Assembly: GCF_031769215.1 (NCBI RefSeq)
Contig: NW_026782534.1
Coordinates: 248,001-312,000 of the forward strand
Source of the DNA: Ylistrum balloti
Taxonomy: Eukaryota
Length of the DNA stretch: 64,000 nt
Direction: 5' to 3'
The notes under the pieces are model-generated. The model had not been told where the DNA came from. It did not search any database and saw only the letters and a program-made list of their open reading frames with translations. Each line of letters begins with the position of its first letter. Position 1 is the first letter of the stretch. The translations under genes were made by a program, and so were the position numbers. Of this stretch, positions 42,201 to 55,000 are shown piece by piece.

Positions 42201-45200
42201 CTCTAATCGTCAAAAAATCAATTGCATGATTGAATCAATGATAAGAAAACGAGGTAATTTTCAGTAATTTTCACTCAACTTCAGACGATTGCATTTCTAA
42301 TGCACGTCGTTCAGAAGTCTTAACATATATATTTACTGTGTTAGTTAGGATAATATATTTAAGATATTTAAAGCATCAAATCGTAATACATACTTTGAAC
42401 AGATTTGGTCCGTCCATTTGCCGAACCTGCTGTGGGCACAGAGGATGGTACCATGGAGATCTAAGATGATCAGGGCAACAGTCGGTACATGATTTTCAAC
42501 ACTAGCATACTCATCAGAATTGGAAGATTCCAAGGAATATGGTTCGATCAAGATTCTTTTGTCATTGGAGTAAGCGTAGCATTCCCTCCATTGGTCCTCC
42601 GGTAGGATGAGGGGCAACAAGTCTTGGACACTTTCTATAACATGATTGGCCGCTGGGTACAAATCATTTGTCTGACCTATACCACTTAATACCCCTATAT
42701 TCCAGCCAAGCTGTGCTGCCTTTCCCATACCCACATCAGCTTTGGTGTCTCCCACCATGACAGTATCTTCAGGGTTCACACCAAGCATTTCGCAGATCAG
42801 CTGAGCGTTATCTGCAGCAGGTTTTGGGACATTAGTTGGGTCATCACCACAAACGATGTGATCAATCCATTTGTGAATTCCTATATCATGTAGCAATGCT
42901 TCAGTGGCTTGCCGTCGATCAGAAGTACAAATAGCGATCTTAATTCCGTTTCTTTTCAAAATCTTAAACAAGGTGTTCAGGTCCGCTAACGGTTTAGTTT
43001 GGAAAATACCATGTCCATCTTCCCAAATGTTGATCACAATGTCACGACCTTTGTTTTCATCGAGACCTTCTTGTCTGAGAAGCTCTACTAAAGCATCTTG
43101 TACCATTTCATCAGTAGCCTCCGCAAACAGACCTGGCACAACACGGTCAGATTCGTTACAAAATCCGATCTTTTTAAACACTTTTTCTTGAATGTCTAGT
43201 CCGGTGTTTTCTTCCAACCTGAAACGTTAGCGTTACTGATGTGATCATCTTAATTTGTTAAACATACCACAGTCCATGATGATATCGTATAAAACAGTAT
43301 ACCATTTACCAGAAAAAAACTTTCATTAAAATTTACCTCCACCCCTTTCACGCTTCCAAAAATAGAGCAAACAATAATAAACAGCAAAGGAATACCAACA
43401 TTTTAACATAATCATATATCAAACCCAAATCAAATAAACTAGAATAAATATGAATAAAAAAAATCACACAAAGTACAAGGAAAACAGCACCAGGTGTTCC
43501 GAAAGAGTGAGCATCAACTGCTTCATCGACATCCGCCATGTAAATCTTGTCAATCCAAGTACGCAGTGTCACGTTCTCAAATGAGAACATGGTATACAAC
43601 GGAACCAACAGGCATAAAAAAACATTCAGCTTCATATCGCACAAAAAAATGTAAAACTTCCCCGGAAACCTCACCAATCTGTATTTTTTGAAACGCTGTG
43701 TTAAGTGTTTGTTCTTCAGTTGACAACTTCTTTCACGGAAATCGTAATAATGGGAACATGCCATAAAATATCGAATTAGCTATTTCTTGAATTCATTGAT
43801 TTTAACATACAGCATCGTGGAAAGCTGTCCATGATGGTTTCAGTTTCAGAAAAGAGAGAAATAATCGACTGATGTGGAAGAATCTATAGTGTACTTGATT
43901 TCCAATTCTTGATAAGAACATCAATATATGTTTAACACAATATAAACCACCAATTCGACAACATTTAAATAACTTACCAGACAAAGTCAATGAGGTGATA
44001 TAGTCGGTATTTTCTTAATTTTCATACCTGATTGGTATTAAAAAAAATAAGGAAAACTTCCTTAATGACAGCAAACACAGTAGTAATATTCTAGTGTGTA
44101 TTGTGAAATCAGTCATTTTCATAGGGCTACATTTTTGTTGATTTTATGTATACTCTTTATCAATTAATCCATATGTTCATGATAGTGGATATCGTAAGTG
44201 CTAATGTAAATCACTTAGATTCAGCGAATACTTCTCTTAACGATCCCGCATCGTCAGACATATTCGCGAATACATGATTTAGAATTGACTTCAACTTCGC
44301 AAATGATTAGCAAATGATGAAACACGGACTATTCAAGACTCCGATATCGGTTACAGAATCAACATAGATGCTTTCCAAAGTTACAAAATACAAATAATAG
44401 CGAGGTATTTGAATTTGCTATTGACACTCAACGCGGATTCATGCGAAAATAAATCCCACGCAAAATATAAGTGATTTACATTGTTCATTCAAAATTAAAC
44501 GTGAAACCCGAAAATATTTAATTTGATAGTATTGAATACTTACTTAGACGCTATTTTCTTTGCCCAATGAGACCACATTGCCTGACAACATATCAGGGTG
44601 CCGTCTTTGTCGAAAATAACTAGGGATGCCTTCTTCCCGGCATCAGTGGACTTGGTAGGTTTGACACTGTTGATAGTTCTGACTCTTGAAAGGGTGGTGT
44701 TATGATCTGTTACCGAGCTGTAGGTGGTGTAACTGCCACAAACACCTGGAAGAAAGGCATAGTAAGACAGTTATGGATATTGTAGCTCCTAGGGAAAGAC
44801 AGTACATGCGTCTTCGGGAGATTCGATAAAGAAAACCTATCAGATCAAACAATTGTGCGTCCCTTAGGAATACATGTACATACTTAGACACAACATATTA
44901 AATAGAGAAATTAAGACATACGCCTTCAATAGATGCCCGTATTTCTTAATGTGATTGGCAGCCCTTCCTTACAAGTTAGATAATTGTACCATTTGGAAAC
45001 GTCTTTGGCAAATGAGAACAGCAAGGAAAATATCTTATGCCAAAGAAGTGTGATACAAAGATTCTGGATTTCCCATTTAAAAAATATAAATTAAATTAAA
45101 TTACTTAAAACGAATAACATGCATACTTCACTTATGTATATGAATACTTCATTATTTTCACTTCTGCACTTAATTAGTAATATGTGAGCTGCAGTACGCT

Positions 45201-45436
45201 TGAATTACTACAAACAGTTTTATATCTGAAAAAAAGTTTCACGAACGTTCCTGTCCTCACAATAAGACCTGGATTTACATATGCAGGGATGAAATCTTTG
45301 TGCACTACACACCTAACAAATGCTTTAGTTTGGGGTGGTATGCCGATATATTCTTTGAAGCTTTCGACGCAGTGAAGATTCTGCTGAGACAACCGGGACG
45401 AAGCAGTCCTATGCAGGTCTTTCCAACAGTTGCCAT
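39282..45436 (-). CDS. CHDH: Mitochondrial HAD-HAD-choline dehydrogenase fusion, copy 1; coding exons 45436-45313, 44745-44544, 43218-42394, 41727-39282 (1198 aa)
   Basis: GT-AG exons of 124/202/825/2446 nt with phases 1,2,2 give one ORF. HAD motifs DKDGT, T, K, GDTKAD; second HAD DLHGT...GDSFKD. GMC motifs [36 protein letters not shown] and GNLNGPTIM closely match vertebrate CHDH. Confidence 0.9.
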
Positions 45437-48400
45437 TTTGACTGTTAACTTGTGCGGAAGCGTTTTATTCTATTTGCCTGTAATAAAAATAAAATCAATA
45501 GAATTAATTCACACCTGGTGCTCTTCAAATCTGTTTACAATTTTGAATTCGTATCTATGTGCTTGAAATATTCACGATTTCCTATATCAATATTTTTCTG
45601 TATTGTTTATCGATTTAGATGGTAAGAAGAATGTTAAACAATTTTCACGTTTAAAAAGTGTCCATTCAACGTGGAAGTCGATAGAAGAATGCATGTTTGA
45701 ATCATTTAAAGAGAGCTGTGTATACTTATACGGATTATGGGAAACAACTTTTACTTTTAATATTTGTTAAATCTGTCCTATTGCTTTTTTGATAATTCGT
45801 AAAAATATTGTATATGTATATACTTAAATGACTCTCGTTCTATAAGTGTAATTGTATTGTATACACAGTGCACTTCGCCCTCCTTTAATTTGTATTAATA
45901 TCTACTAATAATGAATAAATGCTTACTGCGATATATGTATATAAAATTTGATATTGCACATTATACTTTAGATTTGTTAAGTTTGTTCACTGAAGAGTAG
46001 GAAAGGTCGGGGTAGAAAACAATCATGACTTTATGTAAATATTCCTGTATCTGGGTCAAGGATACACACGTAAATATAGTAACCTGAACATGTCAGTGGA
46101 GTGTGTTATTTCTGTTTGTAGTATATGTGATATAAGGAGTACCTCCATGGTCCACTGGGCTACAACCTTCAACAGCAATCATTTCCTTAGATGTATAACT
46201 GGTTATGTTGTCGTGTTGTTTAAGTATTTCGGAACGAAGTAAAGAAATAAAAAAAAATAGAGGTTATATCAGGCATAGGTGGATTTAGGATATTTCTAAG
46301 TGTGTTAGACATAAGCTACCTTGAACAGAGAACAGTCTCCTGTAATCAATGGCATCTTCTAACACATTTGAAATAGCAGGGAAAATAAACGTGAAGTCAC
46401 ACTGACACTAATGTTTTACTTACGGGAAAAGAAAACCTGAGTGACTGTGGTTAGCTAACACTGATAACATGATGTAGACGAAAGCTATCCCGCTACAACC
46501 TACCTGTCAATATAGGCGATATAGTGTGTGTTTTTTTCTGCTCCGCCAACATGCAGTCAGTGCAACTGTCCTGCTGAAACCAGTGGTATAAAATATCATC
46601 ATACTTTACTCGGATAACGATACTTATACAACAGGAGATAACATTTCATTGCTTCCAGTATCTACATAACGTGCCACGGTCAAAAACTAGAGATAGTATT
46701 ACTACTTACGATAACTTCCTGTCTCGTGGTCTACACATGTTATGAACACCGTTAAGCATGACCTTTTGTATAAAAGCAGTGACTTAGAACAGCAAGGGAA
46801 CTTCTTGGGGTTAGGGTATAATCTTACTTGTTGTTGTCACATTAGCATTAAACTGAAATTCAGCATTGATAGCCTACATTACATTCACAATAATCTTGCC
46901 TCTCGTAAGAAAACTTGAAAATGCGTGTTCATGTGTCCCATTATTAAAATATCATAGGCGTACCATGAGTAAGTATGAACAAATTGTGAATCTTTATTCA
47001 ATTACATTTACTGTTGTGTCCCGACATATAGAATTGGAAATTTGTGGTTGTGGTGGGGAAGAGGGGAGGGGGGGGGGGCATTATATATATATATATAAAA
47101 TGTGATATCGGGTGAGGTCGTATTTGTCACAATCCGTCAACATTTGCCAGAGTTACGGGACTTGATAATTTCAAAAAAGATATTTTTTCTGTTTCCGTCA
47201 AACAACTGTCATCTTAACGGTCCTACTTGAACTAACATTGTTATGATGTTCGAATTAATTCGATATTTGTCAAAATCCATCAGAGTTAAGGACTTAAAAA
47301 AAGTTTCTACGTCTTCGTCCAGTAATTTTATTTTATTAAGCTTTATTTTAGTGCGGTCTTGAATGGTTTCAGTAATGGTAATTTTTTGCCATAGCTACTG
47401 GAATAAATAATAATCAGGAAAATACTACGACACTGAATAAAACTAACAACCTGCTTCGTTTAACGAACATAAATAGGTGTTTCAGTTTCATTTCGTTTTC
47501 CTAAATATGTCAAGTATGCCCCAAAGTCTCTTTACCAATCAGTAGCTCAATTCCTTTTAGAAAACGTTTTCTTATTTAGCACATGCATTCCTAATGTGCT
47601 TTCTTACTCGAATGTACTATATTTGATGCCTATGGCAAAGATACCTTTCAATTAAATTACCAAGCCCTCGTGTTTGCTTAGCCTTTATGAATGACTTACC
47701 CTCGGGATTGTGTTTATCAAACATATCTTATCTTCTTATCTCTTTTGCCTTTATGTTATTGAATAATTTGAGTAATATTATGGCCTAAACGTTGTTATTA
47801 TTATTCATTTTCTCAAGCTGTATATGTCCACAGAAATAGATTATAGTTTCAATTTTTCGGTTTGTTAGTTATAATTATATCATTATAACGCCAATATGAG
47901 TTATTGTTTAGTTGTTAAATTTACTCAGAAACATTCAATATTCAGGAATAAAACATAATTATTTTTGTAGTGTCATTTAAGAATTCTTAATAACTATTGA
48001 TGAAATTTTAAAATAATCCTTATTACATTGAGCTGCGTAGATTAATAACAATATGCTATGAACGTGTAATATCCGCCATGTTGTGGATATTACTAAACCA
48101 AATTATTAATTACATCTGGATTACGAAAGAGCGGATTAACTGCGCCTCTATCAGAATACTAATTTAAAAAAATAAATAAATAAAAAAAGATAAAAACTAT
48201 CAGGATCGATGACAATCCATATTCTAGTTGTTTATTATTTGTTCTTTATTTTTTTACGGTTCATTGGAGATGTGATGCTCCTGGATTTGTAGAGTAATAT
48301 CGCGATTGTCTGGTAGTTAAACACAAACTACTATGAAAAACAGTGATTTATTTATCATTCACAAACTACATGCGGAATTATACTCATTTTTTTAAAATAG

Positions 48401-49032
48401 CATAACTATGGAAGTCACAAAGCATTATTGATACATTTAACAAAAAGATTTTCTCTCAGAAATGTAATATTTTTGGCTGATTGTATCAATGAAGCGTTAC
48501 CGATACATTTAACAAAAACATTTTCACTCAGAACTATAATACTTTTGGCTGATTTTGATGAAGGTTTTGTGAAAAAGGCAATTTATTGACAGCTTGAAAT
48601 ATCACCTCAATTACGACAAGCAGTAAAAAACCGCATAATTTGTATTCAATTAAACACGCAGATTTCATGTTTTAAAGCGCCATAATATGTAAATATTTAT
48701 TATCGGTAAGATTGTAATGATATCTTTTCAAAAATAAAATTGATATAACAAATCTTAAACGAAAAAGGTAAATTCAATAAAAAGGGAAAGTCTTGATCGA
48801 AGGCTTTGCAAAGTTTATTTGTAGTGCATACATTGATACAGAACACATCACATTGAATCCAATATTGTGTACTTCGCTTGGATATAAAAATCAGAGTGCT
48901 GGGGATATCTCTGTTAGCCCGTATTAGCTTCATGTTTTGTTTTTGTTTTGTTCTTTTTTATCATTATCATTTTTCCTGTCAACTATATATTACCATCAAT
49001 AATTTCGTGCATAACCAGATACAAATGTTCTC

Positions 49033-52000
49033 TCACTTACTACATTTATACACAGGAGCATTAGACCGAGGCAGTGGTTTGTTCCCCAGAATAATGTCAG
49101 CGGCCTTCTCAGCCAGCATTATTGTCGGGCCGTTCAGGTTCCCAGTAATAACATTTGGCATGATAGAGGCATCAACTACTCGAAGATTATCTACACCTAA
49201 AACACGTGTCTGAGAATCCAACACAGCCATCGGGTCACTCTCATCTCCCATTTTACATGTACATGATGGATGATAGGCACTGTCTCCCAAAGCCCGAACA
49301 AAGGCGTCTATTTCAGCGTCTGTTTGACAATTAGATCCAGGCATTATCTCTCGACCAGCGCGGAAAGGATCGAACGCTTTCTGTTTAAACACTTTCCTTG
49401 CAGCTTTGACGCTGTCCCTCATTGTTCTCACATCATATTCTGTAGACATGTAGTTGGCTACAATCTTCGGATGGTCTTTTGGATTTTTGGTTTTCAGCTT
49501 GACGTACCCTCTGCTTGTAGCACGCATATATCCCACATGCAGTTGATATGCATGTTCATCGCCATTTTTACGCCCATGATCGTTCACAACAGAAGGTAAG
49601 AAGTGAAACTGAATGTCGGGATATTCCTGACTTTCTTCACTATGGACAAACCCACCACTCTCCAAATGTGCGCTGGCTCCATCTCCTTTCTGAGTCAGAA
49701 ACCACTGTAGACCTATCCGAATCATATTGTGAGGGAATTTCCACTGAGCAGAATAAAGAGTGATTGGAAGCTTGCATGCCTCCTGTACATACACCTCAAG
49801 ATGGTCTTGGAGATTTTCTCCGACACCAGGAAGGTGTTGAACTACAGGAATGTCCAGTGCCTTCAGCTCGTCTGCATTACCTATACCCGACAGCATGAGT
49901 AGCTGAGGAGAGTTGATTGATCCTCCACTCAAAATCACCTCCTTCTCCGCTCTGATAATCTTTTTTACACCCTTCTGTTCATACTCTACACCCACGGCTC
50001 GCTTGTTCTCAAATACAATCCTCGTGGACAGGGCATTTGATTCCACTGTCACATTGTCACGTTTTAAAGCTGGCCTGAGGTAAGCCATAGCAGCACTCCA
50101 TCGCCGGCCTTTGTGAATGGTCATGTCCATCAAACCTACACCCTCCTGTTGATAGCCGTTCATGTCGTCTGTAAACGGGAAGCCAGCCTGCTGACCTGCT
50201 TCTATAAAGGCCTGATGCAGTGGGTTGTTGGTTTTTCCTCGTGACACATGAAGAGGACCATCACCTCCCCTGTAGTCATTCTCCCCAAGTTCATGGGACT
50301 GAGATTTTTTAAAGTATGGTAAGCAATCTGCATATGACCATCCCTTTGCCCCAGCCTTCTCCCATCCATCATAATCACCAGCATTACCACGGATATAGAC
50401 CATGGCATTGAGCGAAGATGATCCTCCCCAGACTCGTCCTCGTGGCCAGTACATGACCCTGTTATTCATGTGAGGCTCTGGTTCGGTATGGTAGTACCAG
50501 TTGTACTTGTCATCACAAAGATTGTACATGAGGGCAGCAGGCATGTGGATCTTCCAGGTGTAGTCTCTTGGACCAGCCTCCAGAACACACACCTTGTTGT
50601 TAGGATCTGCAGACAATCGATTGGTGAGAGTACAGCCAGCTGATCCTGCACCAACGATGACGTAATCGTAGGTGGATCCAGCCCCAGATACCGTTGAGGC
50701 ATTCCTCACCTGTACAGTACTGGTGAAACTGGTTGGTTGTTTCGCTCGTGGCTTGGTGCTGAACAATCGACACTGGCCATTGATACCTTGGGGCTTCCTG
50801 ATCGAAGGAATGCCAGCTGGGGATATTTGTTTACGGGCTTGTGGATCTTTTAAAATATGATCAATCACATGATCTAGAGTAGGTACCACCAAGTCGGTGA
50901 CCCACTTCAGGTCATCTGCAGACCCTACACCTGATAACACTCCGATCTTTTGTACCTTTGTTGATTTAACAAAAGAAAAATCTTTGTTAGAATCACCGAC
51001 TATGACAGTTCTCTCAGGACTGATATTGAGTTCATCACATATGAGGTGCGTGCTGTGATCAGGAGACCTTGAGACAGAGTGTGGATCATCTCCACAGATC
51101 ATCATATCAACATATTTCAACACATCAAGATTTGTCAAATCTGACAGTGCAAGTTCTCGCTTATCTCCAGTACATATTGCTATTTTGATTTCGTTTCTCT
51201 TTAGTGTTTTGAAGAATTGTTTGATGTCCTTGTGAAGTGATTTTGGTTCTTGAAGAAGCGTAGATTCACACTCCTGCCAGACTTTGTTTACAACCATCAA
51301 AGACTCCTCATATGTCAAGTGTTTATGGATCATCTCCACTAGTGATGACCTCACCTCCATGTTAGTGGTTCCATGTTCATTCAACAGCCCATCCTTTATT
51401 TTACTTGTTTGTTCACATATTCCAAGCCTCTGATGAATTTCTGATCGCAGACCACAAAGACCAGTCGCCTGTTCTAACCTGTAACAAAAATTGAGGCCCC
51501 GAATTATTTCTGTCTTGTATTTCTGTACATACTGTATTTAGAGCTCGTAATAGCGTTTTGTAGACAAGGTTACATTTTGTGTCTCGGAATTAAGTCAGGG
51601 TGTTGAGTTAGTATTCCTTTTTGTTCATCTCTTTATGTCCAAAGACTGATACAAAAGATACAAAAGTGAAAATTTAAGAATTAGATATATTAAAGCTTGA
51701 CAATGAATTTAACCGAATCCTGCAGCTGTTTCATCCTTCTAGGTCCCGTCAGCGACGGACGCTTAGGGTTTGCATATAGAAAGCAAGCAAAGAACTCTGT
51801 GACTTGACGTATTATAATGTTTCGATGTAAATTTTAAGTGAGGGTCATGACTCTGATTACAAAGTTTAAACTGTATGCAATACAGACCTTGAGCAGATTT
51901 GGTCCGTCCATTCGCTGTACTTGCTGTGGGCACAGAGGATGGTACCATGGAGATCTAAGATGATCAAGGAAACAGTCGGTACATGATTTTCAACACTAGC

Positions 52001-55000
52001 ATACTCATCTGAATTTGAAGATTCCAGAGAGTATGGTTCGATCAAGATTCTTTTGTCATTGGAGTAAGCGTAGCACTCCCTCCATTGATCCTCCGGTAGG
52101 ATGAGAGGCAGTATATCCTGAACATTTTCGATCACATGACTAGCAGCTGGATACAAATCACTTGTCTGACCTGTGCCACTCAGTACACCAATATTCCAGC
52201 CGAGCCGCGCTGCCTCTCCCATTCCCACGTCCGCCTGGGTATCTCCCACCATCGCAGTATCTTTAGGGTTCACGCCAAGATTTTTGCAAATCCTTTCAGC
52301 ATTATCAGCAGCAGGTTTTGGAACATTGTCAGGGTCATCACCGCATGCGATTTGATCAATTAAACTGTGGATTCCGAATTCTTCCAGAATTTCTTCAGTT
52401 CCTTTCCTACGGTCAGACGTACAAACAGCAATCTTAATATTGTGTCTTCTCAAAATTTTAAACAATGTTTTTAGATCTGCCAAAGATTTGGTTTTATAAA
52501 TGCCGTGTCCCTCCTCCCAGACGTCGTGTACAATGGCGTGACATTTGTCCTTATCCACACCCTCCTGTTTGAGAACGTCAATTACAGCATCTTGGACCAT
52601 TTTAGTTGTACCCTCTGCCAACAAGCCCGAGACAACTCGGTCAGATGAACTACAGAATCCGATCGCTTTAAACACTTTCTCCTGAATATCAAGACCGGTC
52701 GCTTCAACCAACCTGAAATTATAAATCGATGAAATTAGATGTTGGTTTATCAATAATACATTCAATAATATTTTTATATATTGTTATGGTATTTGTCATA
52801 GAAAAGTAAAAGTATCAACAATTAAGCAACATTAAAACACGAGTCTGAGAATCAGCCATAGGTCGCCATCCGTTCCCATCTCATACTCTTATGATCGACG
52901 GTAGACACTTTCTTAGAACATCAATGTTTATTTATTGAGAAGGAGAAACCCTGCTTTATAAGGACAGGCAATAACAAATACTAATTTAAGAAATTTATTA
53001 TACACCTGTCAGCAATAAAGAGCATTCATTACATATTACGTAACAATTTTATAACATTCTGTCCTTCTACAATAACATCAACGTGATTAATATACAGTGT
53101 TCGCTTTCAAAAAGTTGTGAAATTTTTTTCCGAATCCTAAGAACAACTTTTTAGTTTGAAATGAAATATTTACTTGGAGGCTATTTTCTTTGACCATGGG
53201 ACCCACGTTGTTTGACAGCATACCAAGGTGCCGTCTTTGTCGAAAATAACTAGGGATGCCTTCTTCCCGGCATCAGTGGACTTGGTAGGTTTGACACTGT
53301 TGATAGTTCTGACTTCTGACAGGATGGTGTTATGATCTGTTACGGAGCTGTAGGTGGCGTAACTGCCACGGACGCCTGGAACAATTAAAAAACAAAACAT
53401 GAATAGCAAGAAAGTCATTGTTAGAGAAAAGTTTACACGAAATTATGAATTTATCACAAAAGCGTTTCGTCCTTGTAGGAATCATCAGTAACAGGGGCAT
53501 CACTAATGGAAATCTTGAGGAGGAGTTGGAAAAAATATATTTAAAAATGAGCTGTTGAACTGCAGATGGGAAGCACTACTAGTACTAGTTTATGTCACTA
53601 TTCATATGCACTAAAAGGTGGCGGGTGTAATGTAACCTCAAGAATTTCATCAGCGGAGTTTTTAATCGTAAAGGATTGTACGAAATACATACAAGGGAAT
53701 ATCATTTTTCCAAATGACTATAGTAATACATACACTGTATGTACAAATTATTATTTATACTGCAGCATACTGCTATTTCCTCCTTCTTGGACTCGTTCGG
53801 CCTAACGTGAATGACAGTTACACTATGACCCATATGGAAGAGTATGCCCCTCTTTGTAAGATATATTTTTTGTCTGAAACAGTCGTTTTAACTTGTATCT
53901 AACGACACCTTTCATTGTAATGAATCGGATCGAAATTTTCCTCTTCAAACTGCCCATCAAGGAACTACTTTTTGCCTAATCGAAAGACTTCAAAAGTTTC
54001 TAAAGATAGAATTACATTGAAATCTACCAGCTTCATTTCAGAATAGGATTTTTGTTAAGATCTTAATACAAATGGAATTGAGTGACAGGCGAAACCTATA
54101 AAAACCCTCTCCTTAGAAAATCAAAAAGATGTACTCGTAAAATTGAATATGTAAGTAACCTAGGATAGCTGTATAACAAGGCGTGTGTTTTTGGAAAATG
54201 TAACTACTAGTTTTAATGGCGGTTGTGCTACACGCTATTTTCAAATGTATTAAAGGCAGATAAGTTGTCCATTCATTCGTAACACTGCGCATGTCCTTAC
54301 TAGATAGTTGACAGATATCGATACAAAGTAATTACCTAATAACGTTAACGAATCCCTATACTGACTCCACAATCGATATATTTGTGCTTCCATCAAGATC
54401 GAGAGAGCCATGTAGAAAGATCTCCCTGAGCAGAGAGAGAGAGTTGTCGAGAACTTTTTTGTAAGTATGGAAGGTGATAAATGTTTTCTTGTCTGTATAC
54501 ATAATATTCAAGCTTTACGCTATTGTGGTTTTGCGTTACAGTGTAATATATATTACAAACGTTATATGATAAAAAAGATTGCAATGTGATGATAATAAAC
54601 AAAGGTTACCAACTGTGTAAGGAAAAAAACATTCTTAACTGTTCTCTTCTTTTACACAACTAAGAAGCGCCTACACGCTTGAATAAAACATATGAGATAC
54701 ACCATGAACAGTGTGACATATATAACACATTGAACATAGACAGATATCCAATATACCCACGAGACTTCAGGAATTAGAGGCAATATTGGGCGAGAAATTA
54801 ACTGGACAAAAACACACAATGAAAAAAGGATAAAAACGATTTTATAGTATTATTTGTAATCTAATATTATCAGTCATTTCAAAAATCACTGTTCGGGTAT
54901 CCGAAGGTCGACTTCCAAAAATACTTTGTAATTATATACCAATATATGGTAACATTTTGAACCATTTATACAAATGGTATACATTAATGTTTTAAGAATA

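Noticed and set aside
44597-44684. Horizontal transfer of the FDKDGT-type HAD from bacteria
   Set aside because: The motif resembles bacterial HADs, but the gene has spliceosomal introns and no phylogeny could be run; unsupported as it stands.
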